NCBI RefSeq assembly: GCF_006345805.1
Contig: NC_043000.1
Coordinates: 66,836,001-66,900,000, forward strand
DNA: 64,000 bases
Source of the DNA: Octopus sinensis
Lineage: Eukaryota
Reading direction: 5' to 3'
This document shows, piece by piece, positions 1-12,495 of this stretch. The notes beneath the pieces were generated by a model that had not been told where the DNA came from, did no database searches, and worked only from the letters and a program-made list of their open reading frames with translations. The translations under genes were made by a program, and so were the position numbers. Numbering within the stretch: the first letter of the stretch is position 1; each line of letters begins with the position of its first letter.

Positions 1-439
1 AAAAGTGTTAAAAATATAATTCTGTGTCTGTTTTTTAAGTTTTACTTCAAAGTGCCCTTATGGAATTAAAGGAGTGAGTATAGAAAAAGAACAATGAAAT
101 GCATCCGCATAATTCTTCAAAGTTAATTTAATATAATTTAATATTCAGCTCTCAAAAGTTTAGGTGTTTGAGAAAGAAACATATCAGTTTACAAAATATC
201 TAAAATATATTTGGAAAATGGCTGTTGAATTGTTATAAGTTACTGAGGGAGCTCAGTGTGGTTGCTCAGTCAGCTAGAAGTATAGCCATATGTTTCTCAT
301 GTGATATCATAGTCTTAAAATAAAAGAGACTACACTAAATCAATGTAGAAAGTAAATAAATATTCATGAATATTGCACAGATGCGAAAACTTGACACACA
401 ACACATCATACTTTTCTGGTAAGTGTTGTCCTTACTTGT

Positions 440-810
440 AAGAGTTTCAGTTGAAAAGTGTACCAAACAAGGAGATACCATCTCTCCATAGCTCTTCACT
501 GAATGTCTTGAAAGGTCATCAGGGATATTGATTGAAAAATTGACATCAGCTTCAACAATGAGCCACTAATACACCTCCATTGTGCAGATGACATTGTGCT
601 TATCACAGAAATTGCAGATCATTAGCAGACCATGCTGACAGAGCTGGACATCCAGAGTTCAACAGTAGACCTCAAAATAAAGAGAATGAAAACAAAATAC
701 ATATGGTCTGAAAATGTAACACAAGGACAAATAGTGGTAGGAAGGGATAAATTTGAAGAGGTGAAAGAATATGCCTACATGGGTCATCAAATAAATTATA
801 TGCAAAGGTA
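440..810 (+). mobile_element. Decayed RTE-clade LINE reverse transcriptase fragment
   Basis: Translation across stops and frameshifts gives KQGDTISP..LF, HLHCADDIVLI (FADD-like), MLTEL..S..VDLKI...KTKY and FEEVKEYAYMG, matching RTE RT motifs. Confidence 0.75.
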
Positions 811-1122
811 CGTATGTATGTCTGTCTGTTAGTATGCATGTGTGTGTGCATGCGTGTGTGTGTACATGTGTACATACGAACATATTTACTTACATTCAAA
901 TAGCACCCACGCACATACATACATGTATATTTAGGTCATGGACGACAGGTGCATTGAATGAAAGTCACACAAACAACTTTAATTTCATTTCTTTTTTCTT
1001 TGCCATTCAAGCATCACCTGAATAGTTATGGATGATTAAGCCTGTACAGCTACTGCTTTTAATACTAAACTTTAAAGCCTGTTCTTAATTTAATACAATA
1101 TATGTTCCTTTGAAAATGTTTG

Positions 1123-1245
1123 GCCTAGTGACTAAGGTGCTAGGGTTGCATCTGAAAGGTCATGGGTTCAATTCTAGGAGAAAGGCACTTCATTTCACAT
1201 TGCCTCAGTCTATTCAGGCAAGAATGAGTACCAGCTGACGGCTAG
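1123..1245 (+). mobile_element. tRNA-derived SINE head fragment
   Basis: Pol III A-box-like GGCCTAGTGACTAAGG and B-box-like GGGTTCAATTC, followed by a SINE body ending GAATGAGTACCAGCTG. Confidence 0.6.
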
Positions 1246-2427
1246 TTCAGTTCTCTCTCTCTCTTTAGTTACTTACTTGATGTTCCACTGGGTCAAATGA
1301 AAGAGGGCTGAGAGAATGCTTATGTCTATTCATGACAACATAAGCACCTAAAGCAAAGAGTGAAAGCATAGTAAAAGCCACTAGGTTACATTCGGTTGCA
1401 AGTAACAGCTAAGTATAACTCCCTAGTCTCAGTGCCAAGATTGTCATCTGAGAAATGTAATGAGGTAGATTATACCATTTTTACAAATTTCGTTCTTTCT
1501 TCAAGGGAATCAATCATTTACTCATTTTGTATCTAAAATTCAGGAAGCAATTTTGATTTGCTGAAAGAATCTTGATGTTGGTCCCAATAAAGAAGCTTTC
1601 TGTTACATATAGGAGGTACATACAAGTAGCTTTGTTGTCTATAATACCAAAGGTTTGTTAAAAGCATTGAAATGTAAAAAGACTTTGACAGTCAACAGTA
1701 TTTTATAAAGGGGTGAAAAAAGAAAAAGATCCTTCTCTTTCAGCTCATCTCAAAAAGCTATGAAATTAATATTAGCAAAGATCTAATGTAATGAGCATAA
1801 CTGGCTTATTTGAAAGGATTTTGAAATTTTTTATACGCTTTGCGACCAGGTAATATGAAAAAGCAGTGGCTTTCTTATCTATAAGGGAGTGAGAGTAAGA
1901 CAGGTATATATTTGGGATGAGGTGTTAGAGAAATGTTTGGAGTCAGTGAGATGAATTCAAATAGAATATTATCTATGCATCTATGCAGTTGAGGGAGACC
2001 TTCAGGCTGAAGCAAAGTCATTTAAATAGTATGCTTAAAAACTTTTATTTATTTATTCATTCAGTGTTAGAAACTGGAAAAAAAGAAACTTGTTAGTCCT
2101 CAGTTTACAGTGGTAATGAAAGGGTATAAAGTAATGCTAGATAATATTCAGATTAGATTGATAATAAAGGAGTCAATAATTTGAAGACATTCTCAGTGAG
2201 AATTCTCCAAAATTTGTGCAAATATGTATTCTTGAGTCAAAGTGCATTTTTTTCACACTTAAAATCTTACAAAGTTGAGTTCATGAAGAAGGATTTTGCA
2301 AATAGAACACATGAAAATCATGTGTTTAACCACAGGACATATTTCTCAGGACCAACTGACAAAATAGTTAAAGCATTGACTAGAATGCTTAACTGTGTTT
2401 CTTCTCATTCTGCATTCATCATCCTTA

Positions 2428-2760
2428 ACATCCATTTTCCATGCTGGCATGGGTTGGACAGTTTGACCAGAGCTGGCAAGCCAGTGTTAGGAAGCTGGAT
2501 GCCCCTCCTAACACCAACTGCCTTACAGAGTGTGCTGGGTGTTTTTACATGGCACTGGTGCAGGTGCTTTTTACGTGGCTGTCCAACATAAATGCATTTT
2601 ATGTGATGCCAGTATGGGTGAAATTTATGTGGTGCCAGCACAGGTGCTTTTTATGTGGTTTGGCAAAGATACATTTTGTGTGGCACCAGCATGGGTGCTT
2701 TCTTTGTGGCACCAGCACAGGTGCTCTTTATGTAGCTCAGCATTTTATCTTTTTACGTAG
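2428..2760 (-). mobile_element. RTE-tail-related interspersed repeat with internal TGGCAC-containing tandem units
   Basis: Begins CCATTTTCCATGCTGGCATGGGTTGGACAG. The same terminus recurs near 5695, 8940, 13345, 17260 and 17605. The copy at 17000-17290 is preceded by an RTE C-terminal remnant. Confidence 0.7.
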
Positions 2761-4019
2761 CTTGTCATTTTATCTTTTTTGTGGGTCACTACATATAGTA
2801 TCGGTCCATACTAGTGTAATAGTTAGGGTGTTGCTAGCCATGTGTGTTCTCAATTCAAATCCTGTATTATACCACTGGACAAAAACAGTGACACTTTGGA
2901 AACATAGCTTCCTTGGTGTTATTAGATCACCAGTAGCAGTATGGTGATGATAATTGCATACATAGTTATTCATAGCCCACACTGCATTGGTGCTCTAGCT
3001 CAGACTGTTCTCTTATCAACCTTGTATTATAGTGTAAATGAAGTTGAACTGCTCTGTTTTATTTTATTTTAAAATATTTTCTATAAGTAATTTTACTCTT
3101 TTTTACTGTAGCAGATTGGAAAAAAGGGTAAATGAATGCTGATGAGTCTTTGGTAAAAAAGATTTGACCAGTCACTTCAATTCACCTTCCAATTTGCCAA
3201 AAGGTCTGTAAAGTCTAACTACAAGGGTTCTAGTTTCACAACAGGACAGAATATGAATATACAAATGGCTATGACTAGAACAACTTCTAAAAGCACACCT
3301 GTGTCTAAACAACAACATATTAGGTTTCAGTATAAGTTTAAAATGTATGTAAACAAACTAGGATATGCACAATAAAATTTACATTAATTTTGTTAAATTA
3401 TAAAACTGATTTTTCTAACATTACTAAACAGAAGAGTATTGAGGGTACATTGTGCATTTACATCATGTGATTCCTGATAGAAACAACTTGAATACACAAA
3501 TCCATGATTTTTAAATATAGGAGGGTGTTATATATGAAATATTAAGAGATGGGAGATGAAAAGCTTCAATCAACTGAAATTATCAAAACAATTAGTAGAC
3601 AAAACTCCATTTAAGATATTTAAAAATCTAAAGCACAAAACAAACGCAAAAAAAAAGAAACAAGGTAAATAATTCCAAGAAGATCAGTTGATCAAAGTTT
3701 TCAGACAATACAATGAGGATTATAATGGATCTGGTCTTTAAAGCTATGTGAAAACAATGGACATTCTTCAGTCTTATAAGATCTTCTCAGTGAAGAATAC
3801 TCTAGTCAGTTGACAAGACTAATAATGATATACACATAGAAATAGAGGAAATACAGTGATGTTGATCTGCATGACCTAGGTTATTCAGTTTCCCAAATCT
3901 AATTGGAATTACCTCCCTTGCTTATTTTCAAATTTTACAGACACCCAGGAATTTTTATCTACTAATTCTTGGATAATCCCATTGATCGAATTTTTTCAAC
4001 TCATAATATATATGTCTTG

Positions 4020-4051
4020 CAGAAAGAGATAGATAGATAGAGAGAGGGGGG

Positions 4052-4090
<39 letters not shown>

Positions 4091-4095
4091 AGAGA
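4020..4095 (+). repeat. (GA)n/(GATA)n microsatellite
   Basis: Directly visible. Confidence 0.95.
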
Positions 4096-4279
4096 CCTTG
4101 CCATATTTGACTACAAATTGTTTAGATAATTTCAATAACCAGGGTTTATCCATTCACTATATTACATACATGAGACCTTACAGTATATGTATTCAGCAGG
4201 CAGAATGTTTCCCTGAAATATTTGATACCTCCCGAAATTGTTGACAGGGTACCCCAACAAGTCTGATAACTGAAATTAA

Positions 4280-4630
4280 TAAAAGAATAAAACATTCTGT
4301 CACATCTGCCATCCTCTGAATGTCTTGCTTCCCTGGGCATGAACACATTAAAGCTCTGACATCTGGCAACTGACTTGGGAGACACCCACAATATTATCAA
4401 CCATCTTTCCAACAACCTTGGGCATCTTTTTGAATTTCATATGCCTAACACTTATGGAGATGCTTACAAATTCAAAAGACAACACAGCACCCATGACTTC
4501 CAGAAACATTTTTTCATGCTCAGAATTCTGAAGTATGGAATAAACTACCTGCATCAGTTGTTAGCTGGTGAGACACTACAGCCTCCAAAACTTCCATGCT
4601 TCCTGAAATTCATCAATAGTACACCTGATG
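4280..4630 (+). mobile_element. CR1-like LINE 3' end
   Basis: Translation GDAYKFKRQHSTHDFQKHFF..R..EVWNKLPASVV matches the CR1 ORF2 C-terminus (FF..RV...WN.LP). Confidence 0.75.
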
Positions 4631-5689
4631 CTCCCCACTCTCATTTCTTCTTTTTCTTTTAAGATTTTTCACTGTTCTATGTACTGTTCATGCAGTTTTG
4701 GTTACTTTTTCTGATGAGTTTGTAGTGCACCTGAGCACTGTATAGAATAAGTTCATGCACCAAAATAAAGTTATAACTGTTGAAAGATGTCATGTTTTTC
4801 TCTTGTACTGTCTATTGTGTTGATATTACCTACATCAATTGTTAGATTTTTGTGAAGGAGATTTGATCATTATGAAATGACAGTTGTGCCGTTATCTACA
4901 AATCTGAATCTATTGCTATTATCTTCTCTGTGTGTATTAATTTTTTAATTACACCAACTAAATACTTTTGAAGCAGCAAAATTTAAAATATACAGTAATC
5001 CAAATGCATAAACCATTGCAAAAGCAATAACATCCAATATAAAAAGTGAGATATTGACAAGCAACTAAAAAAAATGGTGACAATTATATTAAAAGAAAAA
5101 AAAAACATAATAAAGAAAAAGTTTTTGTGTTCTTTTGATTTATTTCAAAAGCAATTTTTATTAACATAAAAATTATCTATCATTTGTAGATCTTAATGGT
5201 TTTGATTATGCTCATCATGGAGGCAGACTTTGAGTCATCATTTGGTTTAATGATACCTACTGGAATATGGATGCCTTTAGCAGAGTTTCCTCAGTAGCAA
5301 GCATTCAGACTAGATGTCTAGTCTCAAGATAACTTTCTCTATTCCTTCCAGCTGTCTCAAAGGTTCTAAAAAATGTCATGGACACTATCTTTCCTTTTCA
5401 GCCTAGATTTCTCTCTCCCTCTCTCTCTCACACATACACATTGAGCATCTGAATTTTCGTTTTGGTGATAAATAAGTTTGAAGGATGAAAGAGCAAGACT
5501 AGCTTTGAACAAACCATGTTCACTATCATAATAAACCTCTGCTACCTTCTTGGGAACATTTATTGACTATTTAAAAAGAGGCTAAGGGAATAAAGAAAAT
5601 TCAGAGAAAGGGAACCTAAGGCAGATATGTGCAATTATACTGGTGACCTTGGGGCTCTATGAAGTCATGAAAGTATTGACCTGTCTTTC

Positions 5690-5945
5690 ATCTAATGTCC
5701 ATTTTCCATGCTGGCATAGATTGGATGGTTTGACCAGAGCTGCCCTAGGTTCCAGTCTGATTTGGCCTAGTTTCTATGGCTGGGTGCCCTTCCTAATACC
5801 AACCACTTTACAGTGTGTGCTGAATACTTTTAACATAGGACTGGCACAAGTGCCTTCATGTGGCACCAGCATAAGTGCTTTTACATGGCACTGGCATGAG
5901 TGCTTTTTTTGCAGGCCAATCCTCTTCACCAGCAGATGTGGCTTT
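5690..5945 (-). mobile_element. RTE-tail-related repeat copy
   Basis: CCATTTTCCATGCTGGCATAGATTGGATGGTTTGACCAGAGC, homologous to 2428-2760. Confidence 0.65.
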
Positions 5946-6001
5946 AACACTTCAGTTATGGAGGATGAGTCTTCTTTCCTTTGTGGAGTATATATGAATG
6001 G

Positions 6002-6370
6002 GGAGGTGCAATGGCCCAGTGGTTAGGGCAGTGGACTCGCGGTTTTGATTCCCAGACCGGGCGTTGTGAGTGTTTATTGAGCGAAAACACCTAAAAGCTC
6101 CACGAGGCTCCAGCAGGGGATGGTGGTGATCCCTGCTGTGCTCTTTCACCACAACTTTCTTTCACTCTTACTTCCTGTTTCTGTTGTACCTGTATTTCAA
6201 GGGGCCAGCCTTGTCGCTCTCTGTGTCACGCTGAATATCCCCGAGAACTACATTAAGGGTGCACGTGTCTGTGGAGTGCTCAGCCACTTACACGTTAATT
6301 TCACGAGCAGGCTGTTCCGTTGATTGGGATCAACCGGAACCCTCATCGTCGTAACCGACGGAGTGCTTCC
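6002..6370 (+). mobile_element. Full-length tRNA-derived SINE with 12-bp TSD
   Basis: Head GGAGGTGCAATGGCCCAGTGGTTAGGGCAG. Perfect direct repeat ATATATGAATGG at 5990-6001 and 6371-6382. Confidence 0.9.
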
Positions 6371-6844
6371 ATATATGAATGGAGAAGTGGTGAGTGTAGA
6401 TGGGATTAGGTACTCGCTTCTGGAAACAGCCTAGGCACAGCAGTGGTAATGAAATGACTGTTTTGGCAATACCATTGGCTATCAATGAAAAATGTCAACC
6501 ACTATTCTTGTTACAGTTACATGTAAATAAATTTCTCAGTGAGAGAAATCCAATTCTGTAAACATTGACAAAATTCGTGCAGTTGACGCCAATTCTATTC
6601 CTTCAAGTTGATCCAGTTCTTCACCAAATTAAATATGGTTGATATTTAAGTTATTGGTTGCCAGTAAGATGTAGGATAGGTTCTGTCACATGGACTTGTA
6701 TATTTCATGAGGTTGATGTCTTCACTGAGACCCTAATGATATTGAATTCTGGGATTGCAAAGAAGTATTCAGTTTTTATATTGTAAAATCATATTCACTG
6801 CAGGTATTTTGGAATATTTATATCTCAGAGTTTCTGTTTAGGAA

Positions 6845-7710
6845 TCTATATATATAAAACTCAACTTGTGTGTCTGTGTGTTTAACTTCCCGGCACATCT
6901 CCTCCTAGCCAACAAATCGTAGAACCACCAAAAATGGGTCACTTAATGTTTAGGCGAATGAAAATTGAACTGCGCTATTTCTGTTCCGAAATTCTTCTCG
7001 CAAGTGCAAAAATCGATAATGTGTTTGTTTAGGCCTTATCCCATGCATTGAATAGTGAACTTTACTCAGTCAGCTGTTTGACGTCACCTGTGTTCACCAC
7101 GCGTGCAAGCATGTGTAAATTGCATGAAAAATAAAAAATCAAGATATAAAAACAAATCGCCGTAAACATTGTAGAAATTCGGCAAAGAAATGAATTTTCG
7201 GGATGTAGCCTGGAGGGCTTTTTCATATTAATCGTTTGGACTTTGTGAACACATACCAATTGTTTTCATAACATTTTTAATGCTTTGAATTAAATGTGAC
7301 CATTTTGCATTGAGTCTGCAGTTTGAATCACTTTAACCAAATTTTAGCAGGACGGATTTTTGATCATCACGATACATCGCCAGCGACTCCTTGAAACTCG
7401 CCCCTGAAATCTCTGTTGAGAAATACTGATCTAAAAGAATAATTCAACAATGCAATTATTTGATCAACAAAAATTTATGAAATGCTTCTATGTACTTCCT
7501 ATTGAGGAAATGGAACACATAAGCGCAAAAATAGAGGGCATTAAATGCTTGATTTTAAAACCAAAATAATTGAATTTCAATTGAACTTCATCCAGAACGC
7601 ACGAGCGCACGTACATACATTGTGTAAGAAAGTATTGATTTTGCACTCACAGATTAATCGCTTTTCCTCAGTGCAATTAATAGCCACAAAAAGCCGGGCA
7701 ATACTGCTAG
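6845..7710 (+). mobile_element. Non-autonomous Helitron
   Basis: 5' A|TCTATATATATAAAACT and 3' GCCGGGCAATACTGCTAG|T. Inserted between A and T with no TSD. Termini are shared with 35148-36182. Confidence 0.8.
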
Positions 7711-7892
7711 TATATATATAAAATATAAAGGAAGAGAGGAGGTATAAGATGAATATTTTATTTCAATAATTGACATTCATATAATGATGATTGTTTTCCA
7801 GCTTTTATCAAATAAAACGATCTATCTTAGTGTATAATAAAATATTTTCATGCCTGTATTAATACAAATTATATAATACAGTGCATTAAACT

Positions 7893-7923
<31 letters not shown>

Positions 7924-8924
7924 TTACTGCAAAAACCCATATAATTTGCGCACTTGTGTGATTTACACAGGTGATTTTCAGGATAAAATTTGTTAAAAAA
8001 AGCTTCAACTCATGTAAAATTCACACCCAAAAGTTTTCAGAATTTCTGATGTAGCTAGGGGAAAAAGGTTTTCAATTTAGTTGTATTTAGCATAATTTCA
8101 CTTACTTATGATTAGATTTTATTAAATAAAATTAATTTCTGTTTAACAGAAAGCTATTAAATTACAAAGTGTTTATGTTGTTTATAATAAACTTTATTTT
8201 ACATTTCTTACCCACAAGAGATTATGTCCAATCTTTAGCATACTGCTGTATGTCCTCTCAAATCACAATCACAAGAAAAGTTGTTGATAATTCTTATCAA
8301 CAAACACAAAGCTGATAAATACACACAGGTGTTGCAAATTAAATTTAATTACCAATAAACATCAACTTGGATAACACTTTGCTCAACTGACAGAGGAAGG
8401 TGACCGATCAAATTGATTATGTAAACAAAATTCTTTCCGTCTATTCTTGTCAGAATCTTTGATACAGAGTATCGAAATTTTAATCCCTTTCACATTTATA
8501 AAATGTCAAGCAAAAATAAAAAAATTGTCATTAGCATTATTGACAGTATGGGCAGAACTTATGAATCGTTTACAGCGAAGGAGAATTAAATATGTTGAAT
8601 ATGACAATCTTTGAACCTCATGTTAATGAAGCTAATGTTTGAATTTGGTGTAAACAGTATGACAAACTTGAAACTGTGCCTAGTAATAAAGAAAAAAAAA
8701 ATAAAAAGATGCAGTCAACATTATCCATATCACTATATATGTCAATGGTGCTCCATTGCGATAGGTAGAAACTCCAAGCAATGTAAAATATGGCCTGGAC
8801 TGTGTTTACCAGCATGAACGTAAGACTTCAAAAAGTAGTTAACCATTTAATGGTTTTAGTAAATTTATACAGGAAAAGTAAGCATTATACTGTCCAGCAT
8901 AAATAAAAGTCAACTTCATTATCA

Positions 8925-9410
8925 TCATCGTCGTTTACCATCCACTTTCCAAGCTGGCAAGGCAGAAGGCTGTACCAGGCTCCAAACCGTCTGGCAAAGT
9001 TTCTACAGCTAGATGCCCTTCCTAATGCCAACCACTCCGAGAGTGTAGTGGGTGCTTTTTACATGCCACTGGCACGAGGGCCAGTCAGGTGGTACTGGCA
9101 TCAACCATGCTTGAATGGTGCTTTCTATGTGACACCAGCATGGGAGCCAGTCAGGCGGTACTGGCAACGACCATGCTCAAATGGTGCTTTTTAAGTGTCA
9201 CCGACATTGACCATGCTTGAATGGTGCTTTTTACATGCCACCAGCACATGAGCCAGTCAGGTGGCACAGGCAACGATTATGCTCGAATGGTGCTTTTTAT
9301 GTCACTGGCATAGGACCAGTCAGACGGCACTGGCATTGACCACGCTCAAATGGTGCTTTTTACATGCTACCGGCATGGGTGCCAATCAGGCAATACTGTC
9401 ATCAGCCATT
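8925..9410 (-). repeat. RTE-tail-related repeat carrying a ~64-bp minisatellite
   Basis: About six degenerate units of ATGGTGCTTTTTACATGCCAC..GCCAGTCAGG..CTGGCA..GACCATGCT. Confidence 0.8.
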
Positions 9411-9600
9411 ACAAAGCCTTTATTTTTTCTGTAAAACCTATTCTGACATTAAATGAGTCAACTTCCGGTATGAATGATTACATTTTGTATGTCTATTTTC
9501 AGGAAAAAAAATTTCTAGAAATGATCTACTCATGTAATTTACGCACCTGCTAAAGTTAGTGTTTAAATTACATGGGTTTTTACGATATATATATATATGA

Positions 9601-9755
9601 CAAACTTCTTTCAGTTTCCATTGACCAAATCCACTTATAAGGCTTTGGTTGGTCCAAGGCTATAGTAGGAAACACTTACTCAAGGTGCCATGCAGTGGGA
9701 CTGAACCTGGAATCATGTGGTTGAGAAGCAAACTTCTTACCACAGAGCCATGCCA
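9601..9755 (-). mobile_element. SINE 5' fragment
   Basis: Homologous to the SINEs at 19968-20338 and 31835-32180. Confidence 0.75.
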
Positions 9756-10435
9756 GCACATGTTTCCAATCATAACCAGAATTAGAGGATATAATTTAAT
9801 TACATTTTAATTAAAGATCATAGTGAGTGGAATCTATGCAAATCTTGCATTGGAAAGTATAAGATATGGGGCAAAAAAGGGTCAAATTTGAATAAGACTA
9901 GTGCCGAAATTCATTTTAAAACTAAATAATCATAATTCCCAGAATACATCTGGCATAATTAAGCTTACTTGAAAGATCTTAATGAGAGTTATGCGTATCT
10001 TTGAACCTCATGAAAAGTGGTGCTGTAGAAAAAACTCATAAGGCAAAAAGCTTTCAAATTTTGATGAATGAAGCACTTAAGTACATCTTTAAGTCATTAA
10101 ATCTGTAACTTTAGAAAAAAATTAGTTTAGTTAAGCTTTCTTATATGGCCTAAATGAGAAGAATCTAACAGTCAAACTGGAACAGTAGAAGATAACCTAA
10201 TGGAGTGTAAATTGACAAAATTTGAACATAAACTCTAAGTTTGGTGACGTTAATAGTTTTGTAAACTTAGAGATTACAGAGAAGGATAGAATTGCACTTA
10301 TTCCAAATTTTTAACTAGTTTCAGATCAGTTCCAATTTCAGTTTGGTTTCTCCTTGATGTATGCATGTGTATTTTTTTGAGGATAGTGTCGCACAAGCTA
10401 AACATTTTCTGATTTTATAATATTTTGGAAGAATA

Positions 10436-12495
10436 TCTATACTAAAATTGAGAAAGCTGTTTAATTACTAAAAGTACTAAAAGAAAGCAATATTAAAAGC
10501 TTGACTGTCTGGAAATATTTTTATAAATTCATGTTCTAAAAAACTTCCTATAATTTCGATTTCTCGAGTTTATTGAATTTTGGCAAATTTAAACATTCAT
10601 TGCATTCACTGCAGAGTAGATTTTAATGTTTAATAATAAACACTATTAATTCGTGGCAGGCAACATTTTACAATTTTATTTGCAACAGTCTCTCATTCTC
10701 GCTTGCCTCTATTTTCATTAATGATAATTTAATAATAGCCACATAACTTTGATATGAGGCACAATTTCAAGAATATTATCAGTTTCCGGAGTTTGTTAAA
10801 TGAATAGTTTTGATAAAATTAAAATTCTTTAATATACCGGCATAATTTTGATTTTTTAAAGGATTTTGTTAGTATGGCTAATTGGAACGCTATAAGCTTT
10901 ACAATAATAACTATGTAATCGCTGCTATTTCTGGCATGCTGAACAAGATAGTTTTTAATGAGCTTTCATTTATATATAATATGCAGCTGAAAAAGAAAAT
11001 CTAGCAGCAAAGGCACAACGGCAGAGAGAAAGACAGGCAACTGAATCAGATAAAACCAGGGCAAAGTGACCGAAACAGATGTTTGAATATGCATGTAGAT
11101 ATAGACATGACTCTGTTTCCATTACACATGACCAACTAGTTGAGAGAATATTCTACTTCAAAATAATGGTGTCAGATCACAAATTGTTGATGCAACACTA
11201 AAGAGCTCTTTTCTTTGTGATCATGTGGAAGTAGTGGAAGTTGACAACCAGCCTAAGACTTCTTACAGGTCATTCTAATAAAAGAGAGTTTGCTAACTGC
11301 CTTCTTAATGTAAGAAATGGTAACATTTCTGTTGAACAAAGTCTAGGTGAATTCAAAATCAAACTCTTCAATGGCCTTTGCCTTGAAATTAGTGCTCTTT
11401 CAGATCTATGTGATTTTGTATACTGTTGACCTCAAAAATAACTTCACAAACCATGAAGCAGCACAATTTGTGAATGATTTTCTGTTGACTAGGATCCCTG
11501 GTGAGCTAAAAATATACTGAAGCTCAGATACAGTTGATGATGAAACTCTGTACCCAATCGAGTTCATCAACAAACTTACACTATCAGGGTTTCCCCAACA
11601 CATTCTCAAACTGAAGAAAAAGTGATGTGTAATACTTCTGAGAAATTTAGATACTACTAATGGACATTGCAATGGCATATACTACATCATTGTCAGTTTA
11701 AATGATCATGTTACTGAGGTTGAAGTTGCTTCTGGTCCTCAAGCAGGATCAACTCAGCCAATTCCAAGAATACCAAATGTGTCTCAAGAAATGAAATTTC
11801 CATTCACATTTACACACAAACTATTTCCTGTCAAGCCAGCTTTTGCCTTGATGAGCAACAAGGCACAGGGACAGACTTTTGAACAAATTAGAATATATCT
11901 TCCAATACAATTCTTCTCACATGATCAGTTGTATGTTGTGTTATTGAAAGAAGGCTAATGTAAAAATATTGGTCGAGAGAAATGGAAACAGTATGATTAC
12001 TGACAATTGTCTACTGTAAAGCAAAATATGCTTTTTAGCAAGTTTCAGTAAATAGAATTAATACATAAATTTTATGTAAAGTAACATATGTTTGTGTGGA
12101 ATTGAATTGTTTTGGCATATTTCAACATATGCTAAATGAATGATACCGTTATATTAGATCATTTTAAATTTGGGTATATTTGAAAAAAATAAGGAAATGT
12201 CATTTCTATGTGTTCTCACAGCACCAGACTTTTGTGTGTGTATCCCTCCATCTACCTATCTATCTATGGTAAATTCTACAAATCATTAATGATACATATA
12301 TATAACAGATTGACTCTTTAAAAAAGAGAGACTGATAAAATAATGAAAGCAATATTTACTAAGCAAGTGAGCACTATTATACAAAGGAATAATTAGACGT
12401 AAAATATCATAAAAATTATTAGAATTGGGAATCAAATGTAGAAATATTGTTGAGTGGCTATCAAAAAACTGCCCAAAGGGCGGTCTTTCTGCTAG
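10436..12495 (+). mobile_element. Internally deleted Helitron with PIF1-like helicase remnant
   Basis: 5' A|TCTATACTAAAATTGAG. 3' hairpin CTGCCC-AAA-GGGCGG, then CTAG|T at 12492-12496. Region 11240-11960 translates to YPIEFINKLTLSGFPQHILKLK, LLRNLD..NGHCNG, IPRIP, FPVKPAFALMSNKAQGQTF and FFSHDQLYV (helicase motifs V-VI). Confidence 0.85.

Noticed and set aside
1123-1200. tRNA-like sequences (here and at other SINE heads)
   Set aside because: No complete cloverleaf. Each continues into a SINE body, so I call no tRNA gene.
1744-1849. Plus-strand exon-like segments with good splice sites (also 18150-18345)
   Set aside because: Stops occur in all three frames. Such sites arise by chance in AT-rich DNA, and a lncRNA cannot be supported without transcripts.
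2272-2355. Minus-strand segment with acceptor and GTAAGA donor
   Set aside because: All frames are closed and I recognise no homology.
3139-3170. CTGATGA followed by a hairpin (hammerhead-like)
   Set aside because: No GAAA follows the stem, so the core is incomplete.
8925-9410. Repeat array superficially like CRISPR
   Set aside because: Units are degenerate along their whole length with no unique spacers, the context is eukaryotic and there are no cas genes.
8605-10012. 16-bp exact repeat ATCTTTGAACCTCATG at ~8605 and ~9997
   Set aside because: A few such matches are expected by chance in 64 kb of AT-rich sequence, and the flanks do not extend.
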